In this document: one piece after another, positions 40,517-51,905 of the stretch | Position numbering within the stretch: the first letter of the stretch is position 1 | Layout: every line of letters begins with the position of its first letter | Assembly: GCA_963737655.1 (NCBI GenBank) | Contig: CAVTTN010000002.1 | Coordinates: forward strand, 6,304,001-6,368,000 | Source: an uncultured Planctomycetota bacterium | GTDB lineage: Bacteria > Planctomycetota > Planctomycetia > Isosphaerales > Isosphaeraceae | Length of the DNA: 64,000 bases | Direction of reading: 5' to 3' | Position numbers and translations under genes: made by a program | The notes under the pieces: generated by a model | What the model was told of the DNA's origin: nothing | Seen by the model: only the letters and a program-made list of their open reading frames with translations | Database searches by the model: none

Positions 40517-40797
40517 CGACGCCTCCCCGTGGCTCGGGAGCCGGGATCTCCTCATCGGGACGGGAAGCCGCCCGGGGATCGCCCGCGAATCCCGCCGGGC
40601 CCATTCTCGGGCCGCCCGGCCGCCTCCGCAACGGCCGGGCGGGAGGCCGCCCCGTTTCGAATTCGCCACGCGACCCCGCCCGCCTCGCCCGCGACCTAGG
40701 CTACCCATCGAGGGAGAGCGAGGCCACACCCCCGGACCCCTCGATTCGGGCATTCGGGACTCCGGGGATCGGGCCGGGATCGAAGGCGAGGACCGTC

Positions 40798-41178
40798 ATG
40801 AGGATCGCCCTGTTCGGCCGCCCGGCACGGCCCGCGTCGCCGCCGGAACGGCCCGTCAACCGCCGCGTCGAGACCCGTTACGACGCCCGCCGAGACCGGG
40901 TCCGGCTCGTCTGGCTCCCGGATCGCGGCCCCCTCCGCGAGGTCCGCGGCTTCCTGCTCAACGTGAGCCTCGTCGGCGCCGCCGTGGCCGTCTATGAAGA
41001 TGTGCCCAGGGACCGATCCGTCTGGCTGAGCCTCGACGACGACCCCGACGACCCGATCGAGGCCACCGTCATGGCCCTCGAACGCGGGACATCCGGCCAC
41101 CACACCGCCCGCCTCGCCTTCGACTCCCCCGGCTCGCCCCGGTTCCTCGCCCGGACCACCGGCGTCGTCCTGACCTGA
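40798..41178 (+). CDS. Stand-alone PilZ-like protein
   Basis: RRVETR (RxxxR) and NVSLVG (D/NxSxxG) c-di-GMP motifs; GAGG RBS. Confidence 0.7.
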   Translation: MRIALFGRPARPASPPERPVNRRVETRYDARRDRVRLVWLPDRGPLREVRGFLLNVSLVGAAVAVYEDVPRDRSVWLSLDDDPDDPIEATVMALERGTSGHHTARLAFDSPGSPRFLARTTGVVLT

Positions 41179-41676
41179 TCGCGCAATTCCTTGCGCAATC
41201 GGTCGCGATTCCTGGTATGAATTCATGGGAAAATCTGGAATCCGCCGGCCCGATGGGCGGCGAACCCGGCAGGATTTGCAGAAATCTTGCCGCGATTCTC
41301 GAATCGTCGTTTGCTAATTCGGCCGTTACGAAACGAGGAACTTGACTACACTTCGGCACCCGAAACGCGCACAAACGCTGGAAAACAAGCGGAATCCGGG
41401 CGCGCAGTCACTCGTACCAGGGCTGGCATTCGGATTTGTGGGGGATTTTGCTCAAGGGTCGTAACCAGCAATCAGGCCAATGGATCGGGCGGGCGAAAAT
41501 GAAGGCGTTCGGCGTCGAAAACGGCGTCGGGCGCGGCCGTTTCGGGCCCCGCGCCGGCCGCCCGAGTGCCACCGCGATGTCACGGGCCGGCGGCGTCTCG
41601 ATCGGATTCGGTGATCGCCCGGCGGGCGGCCCGCGATAGTCCGGGTAGAGACAACGCTCGGACGGGTCCCGGCCGG

Positions 41677-43080
41677 TCAGCCGTGAAGGCCCGGGATCGG
41701 CTCCCAGCCCGCCATGATCTGCGAGAACTCGCGGGGCAGGTTCGGGACCAGTCGCAATTGGCCCACGTCGAAGAGGGTGCGCACGATGGTCGCGATCAGG
41801 TGCCGGCCGGTCACGGGTTCAGACTGCGGGGCCGATCCGTCCTTCGCCGATCGGCCGATGACGACCCCCCCGGGCAGCCCCCCGCCGGCCAGGACCAGGG
41901 GGCCGAGCCGCCCCCAGTGGTCGCGCCCGCCCTGGGCGTTCATCCGAGGGGACCGGCCCATCTCGCCGCACGCCACCAGGAGGATCCGGTCCTCCAGCCC
42001 CCGGGCCCGAACGTCCTCCAGGAATGCCGAGACCGCCCGGTCGAGCGGAGGCCCCATGTACCCCATCCCCTCGGCCATCGGCGCATTGTTCACGTCGGCA
42101 TGCATGTCCCAGACGAAATTCGTGGTGACGGTCACGAACCCGCAACCCCGCTCGCAGAGCCTCCGGGCCAGCAGGAGCAGCTTCCCCAGCGTCTTCGCGT
42201 TGTCGGCGTAATTCTTGTGGTTGTTCCACTTCGTGCGGATCGAGTCGGTCCGGACCAGCGGGGCGGTGTCGTACCGATCGACGAGCCGAGGGTCTTCCTT
42301 CGCCAGGTCGAACGCCTCGGCCAGACCGCCGGTCAACAGCCGGTACGCCTGGTCCCGGAGCCGATCGACCCCCTCGGCGGCCCCATGACGATCCAGCCCC
42401 CGGGCCATCGCGTCGAACCGGGCGAGCAAGCGGCGGCGGTCGTCCAGCCGGCCTCGGGGGATCGAAAGAGTCAAATCGGAGCCGTCGGAGCCGCCAAGGC
42501 TCGGGTCATACGGGGCGTCGGCCGCGGACAGCGAGCCCACCGAGCCGAACTTGCCGAACGCCGAGGTGCCGGCCTGGGTCGAGGGATCGACGGATCGGGG
42601 CAATAGCAGGATGTTCCGTGGCAGGCCGGACTTCGGATGATTCGCACCCGCCACCCGGGACAGCACCGACCCGAGGTTCGCCCCGAACGTATCGCGTCCC
42701 ACCACCGGCTTGATGTTGTGATCCGCGTCCCCGGGGACGAACGACCGGACCACCGCCAGGCGATCGGCCAGGCTCGCCAGGCCCGGGAATGACCCGCCGA
42801 ACGTGATCCCCGGGATTTTCGTCGAAACTTCGCCGGTGGCGCTCCGGATCCCCTCGGGCATCCCCATCTTCGGGTCGAACGTCTCGAACTGGCTGGGCCC
42901 GCCGTGGAGGAACAGGAAGATGACCGACTTGCCGGTCAGGAGCCCCGGGACCTCCCCGGCCCGAGCCTGAAGGGACGCCAGATCGGCCAGGGTCAGCCCC
43001 GCCGCCCCGATCGCCGCCGTCCCGCCGATCTTCAGGAACGATCGCCGCGAGGGCCGGGCTTCATCGACGAAGCGAATCAT
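41677..43080 (-). CDS. DUF1501 domain protein
   Basis: SRRSFLKIGG, KSVIFLFLHGGPSQFETFDPK, LLLARRLCERG, WDMH, GEMGRSPR, GRDHW. Confidence 0.93.
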   Translation of the reverse strand: MIRFVDEARPSRRSFLKIGGTAAIGAAGLTLADLASLQARAGEVPGLLTGKSVIFLFLHGGPSQFETFDPKMGMPEGIRSATGEVSTKIPGITFGGSFPGLASLADRLAVVRSFVPGDADHNIKPVVGRDTFGANLGSVLSRVAGANHPKSGLPRNILLLPRSVDPSTQAGTSAFGKFGSVGSLSAADAPYDPSLGGSDGSDLTLSIPRGRLDDRRRLLARFDAMARGLDRHGAAEGVDRLRDQAYRLLTGGLAEAFDLAKEDPRLVDRYDTAPLVRTDSIRTKWNNHKNYADNAKTLGKLLLLARRLCERGCGFVTVTTNFVWDMHADVNNAPMAEGMGYMGPPLDRAVSAFLEDVRARGLEDRILLVACGEMGRSPRMNAQGGRDHWGRLGPLVLAGGGLPGGVVIGRSAKDGSAPQSEPVTGRHLIATIVRTLFDVGQLRLVPNLPREFSQIMAGWEPIPGLHG

Positions 43081-43131
43081 GAGGCGACTCCGGCTCGCAA
43101 GCCAGGAAACCCGGGTCGAACCGAGGATCCC

Positions 43132-43192
43132 GGATCGCCGAATTCGCCGAATGAGGACATTCCGGGCCCTCCATCGGCGAATTCGGCGATCC
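43132..43192. repeat. Intergenic 19-bp perfect inverted repeat
   Basis: GGATCGCCGAATTCGCCGA (43132-43150) / TCGGCGAATTCGGCGATCC (43174-43192). Confidence 0.7.
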
Positions 43193-43283
43193 AGGACGAC
43201 CTTCGCTGGCCGAGCCAGCCCTCTTCCGGCATCACACCCGATCCCCGGGCCGGGTGCAAGCCCTCGGCCCGGGGAGGCTTCGG

Positions 43284-46200
43284 TCAATACGCCTCCTTGA
43301 CCTTCACGCCCTGGTCTTGCGGCTTGAGCCGCTCCTCCAGGCGCTTGAGCTGTCGCATCTGGTTGTCGTTGTTCTGCATCTGAACGTTCTTTTCCAGGCC
43401 CTCGGCCGGAGCGGCCCCGGGTTTGGCCTCCTGGTTCGGGGCCTGCGGGACGTTCGGAGGCTGGCCCACGAAGGTGGTCCCCCGGTGGAACGCATAGGCG
43501 CCCGCCTCTTCCTTGGCCACCGCCGTGACCTGCCCGCGCACGCCTTCGGCCACGAACACCCCGCGGCGGTCGGTCTCTCCCGAGAAGAACGTCGGGTTGT
43601 TCGTCCCGATCACCTTGACCTGGACCTTGGCCACGGGCGCCTTGGTCCGGGAGTCCCTCACGGCCACCCGAACGCGCCCAGACTCCGGCTCCTCAAGGAC
43701 TTGCATCTCCAGAGGCGAGACCAGGACGATCCCGGAGGTGTAGCGATCGTCGCCCCGGACCATCACCAGGTACGCCCCATCCTTCTTCAGGGGCAGGGGG
43801 ATCGACTTCATCTTGTCGTCGAAGTCCTTGCCGTCGCCCAGGTTCACTTTCGTTTCGAAGAGCGGCCGGATGCCCGCCAGGTCGATCCCGGCGATGGCGT
43901 CGAGGTTGCGGCGGGTCAGGTAGAGCCTCATCAGATCGACGGGGTAGACCTTCACGTCGGCCTCGGCGATGTTGCGATAGTCGAGCTTGGCGGCGGGCTC
44001 GTCCTTCTCGGCATTCTTCTTCTCGGCGTCCGGCGGCTTGACGACGGCGACCTCGGGGAGCTTCAACTCCTTGCGGGTCAACGCCTTGACGGCCCCGGCG
44101 GCGTCCGAGAAGCGATCGGCCACGCGCTCGTAGAAGGCCAGGGCCTTCGCGGGCTCGCGGCGGGCGTCGTGGATTTGCCCAAGGATGTAGATCGCTTCCC
44201 ACTTGTTGGGGCTCTCGCGATCGACGCCGTCGGCCCCCTTGTACACGGCCTCGGCAATCCGCCCGGCCACGGCGATGGCCCGGTCGTACTCGCCCAGGTG
44301 GAACCGGCCCAGGGCCTCGCTGTACTGGAAGCTATCCTGAAACGGGCTCTTGGGATACAGCTCGGCATAGCGGCGGGCGAGGGTGACCACCGCCTTGTCG
44401 TCTTCCAGGCCGAGGAACGCCCCGACGATGGCCAGGCTGGCCTCGTCGGCCAGGGGGTCTTTGGGGGACTGGGCCAGGAACGCCTGGTCGAGCCGGATCG
44501 CCTGGAGCAAGAGGTCGGGCCGGGTCACGCCCGAGGCCGTCATCTCTCGTCGAACGGACAGGTCGGTCGTCGACCGATCCGCCAGCCCGGCCACGACTTG
44601 CGCCAGTCCGAGGAAGTCGGACTGGATCGCGGCCGTCGAGGGGTTCTCCCTCCAGAGGCCGAGGAGGTAGGCGACGCTCTCCAGGGGCTTGCCCCTCTGG
44701 CGGAGGGCCTCGCCGACCCGGGCGTCTTCCAGGTAGCCGGCCTCGGCCGTGGCCCTCCAGACCAGGAAGGCCCGTTCGTGCTCGCCGATCGCGCCGTAGG
44801 CCCGGCCGACGGCCCGGATGTCGTCGAAGGAAAGGACTTGCTCAGGGGCCTTCTCCTTCAGGACCTCGAAGAACGCCACCACGTCCTTCGCCTCGTCCCT
44901 CTTGATCGCGATGGTCAGGAGCCGCCGGGCGGCCTCCTTCATCACGTCGTCCCGGAGGGTGTAGGCACTCCAGAGGGCCTTGAGGCTGGCCTCGGCCTCG
45001 GTGAACCGGCCGTCGTCGAAGAGCGCCTTGCCTCGTGCGAAGAGCTCGTCGGGGGTTGGCCGATAGGGGTCGGTCGCACGTTCGCCGGGGGCAAGGACTT
45101 GCAGCTTGTCGGGCTTGCCAAGATGCCTCCGGCCCGGCTCGTAGGCCGAGGAGAGCGACGGGGGCAACGCCCGGTACGCGCCCGGCAGGAACCCGTGGAC
45201 CTCGTACACCACGTCCGGGCTCTGATCGGGCGTGAAGTAGAGGGTGAGCTCGCCGTCCTCGACCGTGTAATGGCTCGCCTGGGACCGCACCGAACCCTCG
45301 ACCAGGGTGGTCCCGGCCGGGAGGTACTCCTTCATGACCAGGAAATCGCGTTCCCAGACAGGAAGGTTGCTGGGGACGTCCCGATAGGCCTCGATCGAAA
45401 TGGGAACCTTGCCTCCCAGGGGGACCTGGGTGACCGTGTTCTCGAACCGATCGGCGTTCGGCGCGACGTTAAACCCGTGAGGCAGGGTCCGGCCGTCCAG
45501 ACTCGGCTCGTCGGCCCAGTAGACCCGTCTTCGGATCGCGAACGGCTTGCCTCGGGAGTCCTGATCGGGGGCGAAGTCGCGGGTGAAGCCGATCAGGGTG
45601 ATGGCGTAACTGAATTTCCCGCGACCCTTTACGGCGAATTCGACCCGGTTCGGGGCGTTCGTCTTGATCAGGCGGACGGGCACGCGGAGGGCCTGGCCCT
45701 CGGTCGCGCCGACGACGTCAATTGTGCGGATCTCGTCGCCGTTGACGCGAACCGTCAACTGGTAGCGATCCTCGGCGGCCTCGGCCGAACCGTGGAACAG
45801 GCTCAGTGCGGCGAGGGCCGGCCCTTTGGCCTTCGGCGGCTGCCAGCCCAGGCCCTGGCGATGGGCTTCGAGCCAGGCGACCGCTCCGGCCGTCTCGTTC
45901 GACTTCGGGTTCCCCCGGGCGAACGCAAGGGCCGCCAGGGCCGTGGTTTCGGCGGGTGAACGGTGCCAGGGACCCTGCCCCGTCCCCTCCCAGTACCGGC
46001 GAGGCGCGTCTCCCGGGGCGGCGATCTCCGTTTTGCCCCGAGGGGCCAGCACGCCGAGGACCTCTTCCGCCAGGCTTTGTCGCTGAAGGTTCGAGAACGT
46101 CAGGGAAAGATACGCCAGGGCCACATTCGGAAGCCCCTGTCGCGAACGATTGAGGGCGTTCGCCTGTTCGAACGAGGCCTTGCCCCGGGCGCTCAGGGCG

Positions 46201-49200
46201 TGGACGATCGCCGAGCGGGCTTCCCAGTCCGACGCGTCGATCCGGGCGAGTTCGGCCATCAGCCAGTTGCCCGACTTATCCAGGACCCCCGGATCGGTCA
46301 TCAATCCGAGCGTCTCGGCCTCGGCCAGGGCCCACATCGTCCGGGCCGAGGTCATCCGATCTCCAGGCCGGGCTTGACCATGCGACCCGGCCACCCAGGG
46401 GAACGAGCCGTCGTCGTTCTGGCTCGTGACGAGCTCGGCTACCAGGCCCCGGACGCGATCGGCCACCCGGACGGCTTCCGGGGCCTCGCTGGGCTTCAAG
46501 GTTCGCAAATACTTCAAGACGGACGCCGCCGCGAGCAGGTCTCCGGCGCGGTCGGCGAGAGAATCGGGGGGCTGGGGGATGCAGGCAATCACCCGGCCTC
46601 GGAGAGGGTAGACTTCCTGGCCCAAGGCCAGCTCGACGAGCATCCGGCGGACGCTGGGCGAGAGCACCACGAGCATTTCGGGCGACTCGTAAGGCCGTCC
46701 GGCGGGAAGGCTGACGAAGGCCGAGGTGCCCGACGACGACGAACCCGAGGCCGAGGCCACCGCCTGGGTGCCCCACGGCCGGATCGGCACGGAGAGGGTC
46801 AACTCGTCCTTCGCCTCGCCGAGGATGGCCCCCAGGGTGAGCCGGACCTCCTCATCATCGGGGACCTCGAAGCCGTCGAACACGATTTCGGTGACCGAGC
46901 CGCCCTTGACCTCCACGACCTTCGGGACGACGGTCTCGTGGCCGCCCGCATACTGGACCAATCGCAGCTCCAGCTTGCCCAGCTTGCCTGGATGGTGGAT
47001 TTCGGCGGTGAATCGGGGCTTGTCCCCTTCGGTGAGGGCGGCGGGGACCTTCAGATCGACGAAAAAGTCCTTGCGGACGGCGACCTCGGCCGTGGTCTGG
47101 CCCACCAGGGTGTCGGAGCCGGAGGCGCCTCGGGCGGTGAACTTGTATTCGGACAGGGCGCCCGGGCGCGGAACTTCACGACGGCCCGGCCGTCCTTGCC
47201 GGTGACGATGGCGGGGTCCCAGAAGGCGGTCTCGACGAACCGTTCGCGGGGGGCGACGCCGTTGGCCCCGCCGGCCCCGCCCCGGCTTTTCCTCGCCACG
47301 ACGCCTCGATCCGCGGCCCAATCGCGTCGATTGTAGCTGGTACCGGCCTTCTTCTTGGCTTCGCCTGCCTTCTCGCCGTCAAAGTCCGCCTCGGCCATCT
47401 CCTCGACCTGGAGTCCCAGGGCGGCGTCCTTGATGTCCGCCATCCGCCGTCCGCCAAACATCGCGCTGTTCTGGCCGCCCAATCCGCCGCCGCCGACTGC
47501 CTGGGGTATCTTTCCCTCCGCGCCCGCCGGGGCGGGAGCGGGGGCAGCGGCCATCGCGGCCGGGGGCTCGAAACCGCCCACCGGGCCCGGCTCGCTCTTG
47601 GCGACCTCGAGGCCGGCCCTCATCCGCACTTCGCCCAACCGGGCCAGGTCCTCCACCATCGCCGCCTTGCGGTCGGCCTCCTCCACCACGGCCTGGGGCA
47701 CGGGCACCGTTTCCGGAGAGTATCGGAACGTGGCCGAGGATTCGGTCGTGAATGCGGCCGTCCTCGATTGGTTGTAGAAGAACGAGCCGATCGCGGGGAG
47801 CTTGTCCTGGAACAACCTCAGCAACGACTTATCGACCAGGGCGAGCGAAAGCTCGGCGGGCGTTGGCTTTCCGTTCTGGTCGGTCGTGGTGATCTCGACC
47901 TCGACCTCCTCGCCCGGGCCCACCGCCGGCTTCGTCGGCCGGATCGTCACCCGCAAGTCGCGCTCGATCCGAAGGTCCAGCCGGGCCTCCTGGAAGTCGG
48001 ACGGGGCCATCTTCGCGGCCGACAGGGTGAAATTCGGAAACTCGTTCCCCGCCACCTCCCACGCCAGCGGGTTTTCGCCTTCCTTGACCGGGACGAGCCG
48101 GTAGGAGAGGATGCGGTCGGCCTCCCAGGCCACCAGGGCCGTTCCCGCCGGCCCCCGGTTGATCAGGCGGATCTCGGCCCCCTCGCCGACTTTATAGCTC
48201 GTCCGATCGGTCAGGAGGCGGAGCTTCGTCGCGTCCTTCTCGCCCGAGATCGTCAGCGCCAGGTCGGCCACGATCGGGTTCTTGAAGCGGTCCGTGCCCG
48301 CCGCGCGGACGACGAAGGCCCCGCCGTCCTTGTCCTCCACCTTCAGGCGGATCGACCCGGCCCCGGTTTTTGGGTCGGTCTTGATCTCCTCCCGGGACAC
48401 CTCGCGCTCGACGGTCTGGCCGTTCTTCTCGGTTCGCTTCAGGACGGCTACGCTCAGGGTTTCGCCAAGCGGTTCACCCTGGGCGTCGATCGTGCTGATG
48501 CGAACCGGGAAGCTCTCGCCGTCGAGGTAGACATCGCGACTGGTGTTCAGGTCGATCCGGAAGGCCCGGACGGCGAGCATCACGTTCGCCGCGACGCCGA
48601 CTCCATCCTCGGGCAATTGCGCCACGATCCGAAGCGCCCGTTCCTCGGCGAACCCGGTGGTCTCCAGCTCGAAGGGGAACTTGCCCTCGGCGTCGGTCTT
48701 GCCCCGGAGGACCCGGCCATCGGGCAGGGTCACGGCGATGGCGCGGTCGGCCAGAGGGGTTCCGTACTGATATTTGGCAATCGCGGAACCCTTGACGGTC
48801 TCGCCGCGATAATAAACCGTGCGAGGGAGATCCATCGCGAGGTCGATCTTCCTCAACGCATACGCCTGGACCTCGAACGCCCCGGAGAACTCGCTCTTGC
48901 CCGGCCGGGTCAGCCGGACCCGGTACGTCCCGATCGGCGCCGCCGTTTCGAGCGGCAAATCGAGGTGGAACGTGCCGAAGTTCGACAGCTTCAAGGGTTT
49001 ATCGACGAGCTTCCGGCCCTTGGCGTCGTAGATTTCGACCACGTAGTTGGCGTCGGGCAGGATCGCATACTGGCCGCCCTCGACCTCGCGGACCACCCCC
49101 CGGAGGGCGACGGTCTGGCCGGGCCGATAGGCGGGCCGGTCGGTGTAAATGTAAGCGCGGGCGGTCAAACCCTGAGCCACCGTCCCCGGCAGAGTTAGGC

Positions 49201-51363
49201 CGGACCCGGCGACGTCTCCGCCGTCGAGGACGAGGTAAGTGATCCCGGAATTCGGGTCTCGGGGCTTCTCCCAGTCCTTCAAGAGGACGCCATCGTCCCC
49301 GGTCTTACCGTCGAAGATCACGCCCGAGCCGTCGGAAACGAGGATGCGGGCCCCCTTTCGGCCCTTGCCGGTCTTCATGTCCTGGGCGAAGACCAGGATT
49401 TGCTCGCGAGACGACTTGACGATGGCGTCGATGTCCGAGCCGATCACCAGGGTCGTGGCCTGGAGGTTCTTCTCGTCGGAAACCTTGACCACGTAAACGC
49501 CCGGGACTTCGATCTTCTTCAGTTCATATTGCGAATCGATCGGTTTGTACTTGCCGTAATCCGGGACGTCGGCCGTCCATTCGGCGTCCGGGGCGACGAG
49601 CGAGATGTCCATCGCCTCCACGCCGGTCATGGCGTGTTTCTTGCGGAAATAGGCCTCGGGGTCGATCTTGTAGGCGGTGAAGGTGAGTTTCGGAAGGTTT
49701 CGGGTGGCAATCTTCAGCTTGGGGACATCGCCCGAGCGAAACGCCCGTTCGGTGACGACCGTCAGGGATTTCGCCTCCATCACGGCGACCCTCTGGTTGG
49801 CCTGGGACTGCCAGGGCTCGACGTTCACCTTGCGGAACCGCTCGATGGCGGAGGCGGGATCGGCCTTTTCTTCCTCGAAGGTGGCGGCGATCGCAAACAG
49901 GGCGTGGCCCGAAGGTTCGGTGTTGGGGAACTTGCCGGCCAGGGTCTCCCAGGCCGAGATCGCGTCGTCATATTTCTTCTCGGCCGCGAACGCCTGGCCG
50001 ACCTCGAAGAGGGCCTGCGGGACCCGGCCATCCAGGGGGTTCTGCGTGGCGAAGGCGAGGAAGGCGGCGCGGGCGTCGGCGTACTTTTCGGCCCGAAGCA
50101 GGTCGTAAGCGATCTGGAGCCGGGAATCGAGGGTGGCGCGCTGGGCGTCGGCCGACTGCGGGCCGTTGGGATACCTGGCAAGATAGGCTTGATAGGCGGT
50201 GATCGCTTCCGAATACCGGCCCTGGCTCTGCAAGACCAGTCCGACCCGATACTGAGCGTCCATCAGGAGTTCGGCGCGTCGTCGGCGAGCCTCCTCGGAG
50301 GCGCCCCGGGCGTCTTCGGTCTGGAGGAACGCGGCGAAGGCGGCCAGGGCCTCCTGGGTCTTCCCTCGGCTCAAATAGGCCATGCCGATCTCGTGCCCGG
50401 CCTGGACGGCCAGGTCATGGCCGGGGTATTCGGCGACGAGCTTCCTGAGGGCCGCCACGCCCAGGCCGAGCTGGGCGTCATCGGGCGGGTTGGGGAGGCC
50501 GTAGGTCCTGGAGATCCCGAAGAACGAGCGGGCCCGGAAGTCGGCGGCCTCTCGGGTATCGACTTTTTCCAGGTCGTGGGCGAGGTCCGTCCAGGTCAGG
50601 CGAGCCGGAAGCGCCTGGCCGGAACCCAGTTGCGACTCGCCGAGGTGGAACCGGGCGGTCGATCGGTCGGGGCCCTTGGGGAATTCGTTCAGGTACGCCT
50701 GATAGTCGGCCATGGCGCGGCCGGGGTTGCCGGCAAGCTGGCTGGCGTGGCCCATCCGCAGGCGGATGGCGGCCCGGGTGGCCTCGCCCTTGGCCAGGTT
50801 CAAGGCCTGGGCGAGCAGGGCGTGGGCCCCTTCGGGGTCGCTCGGGGTGGTGGGGGAATCGGGCTTGAGAAGGCGCTCGGCGAACCCTCGGTAGACGTCG
50901 GCCAGGGCGTCCTTGCGCCTGGGGTCGAGGAGGATTTCGGTGTCGGTCCGGGCGAGGCGCTCGGCGTCGGCGAACTTGCCGGCGGCCACCTCGACGGCGG
51001 CGAGCGCCGATCGCAACTTCGGGGCCCACTTGCCGTTGGGCGCATCCCGCAGGGCGCCGCGAGGGCCTGGCGGGCGTCGTCGAGCTTGCCGTCGAGCCTC
51101 AGCGCGGTGCCTCGGATCAGCGTGAAGTAGGCGCGATCGTCGGGCGAGGCCTTGGGGGCGTTGGCCAGGGCCTCGACGGCCTTGGCGGCCTCGGCGAACC
51201 GGCCGTCCTGCATGGCCGAGACGACCGGCCCGGGCAGCTCCGGCACGACCGGCTCGACCGCGCGATGGCCGGGGGGCACGGCCCCCTTCGGCTCGTCCGC
51301 CCCGAGCAGGACCGGGCCCAGCAGGCCCACGGCGACGAGAATCCGTCCGATGGCGAGTCTCAC
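43284..51363 (-). CDS. Giant TPR + alpha-2-macroglobulin family protein (about 2693 aa after repairing two apparent frameshifts)
   Basis: GTG start after GGAGG; signal peptide; BamD-like TPRs (EFPKG, RYPNG, KFPNT); YTDRPAYRPGQTV (MG2); RERFVETAFWDP; QNDDGSFPW; EYLPAG; C-terminal TPRs. Adding one base at 51057-51058 and at 47164-47166 joins the three ORFs. Confidence 0.85.
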
Positions 51364-51557
51364 GGCAGGTTCCTCCGATGGCAATCGCGAAGGGGGAGCG
51401 AGGCGAGGCCAAACCTCGAAGGCCCGTTCATCATCCGTCTCCGAAAGAACCCGGTCAACGGGCCATCGGCCGACGACGGCGCACCCCGGCCTCCCCTTTC
51501 ACGGCTGGACTCGCCGTTTCTTAGACGGTTTCCTGCGGCCTCGATGGATCGTCGTTT

Positions 51558-51643
51558 GGGTGGCATGCTCACGTCTTCGTGGGCATGGCGTTTGTTCAAG
51601 CCTTGACCGAAGCCATGCCCACGAAGACGTGAGCATGCCACCC
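51558..51643. repeat. REP doublet (GGGTGGCATG family)
   Basis: GGGTGGCATGCTCACGTCTTCGTGGGCATGGC and its inverted copy GCCATGCCCACGAAGACGTGAGCATGCCACCC. Confidence 0.85.
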
Positions 51644-51905
51644 GGGGACGCTCTTGACCCGGCCCGTCGGGGGCCTCCGGGATTTTCCGGACTCTCGCCC
51701 GGGGCCCGGTCGCGATGGTATCTCCTAAAGCCGCATCGAATGATCCCGGGACACCTCGCCACGGGTCGTCCTCGCCCGGGGGTTCTGCCATGTCGCAATC
51801 GCCTGCCTCTTCCTCTAAACTGGAAGGCCTTCCGCGCGAGGCCGCCGACTGACGCCCCCGCCGACGACGTCCGGCCCTGGACCGTAGATTTTCGAGGAGT
51901 TCGCG

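Noticed and set aside
41180..41670. AT-richer intergenic stretch with short ORFs
   Set aside because: No RBS-supported ORF, RNA structure or repeat that I can support.
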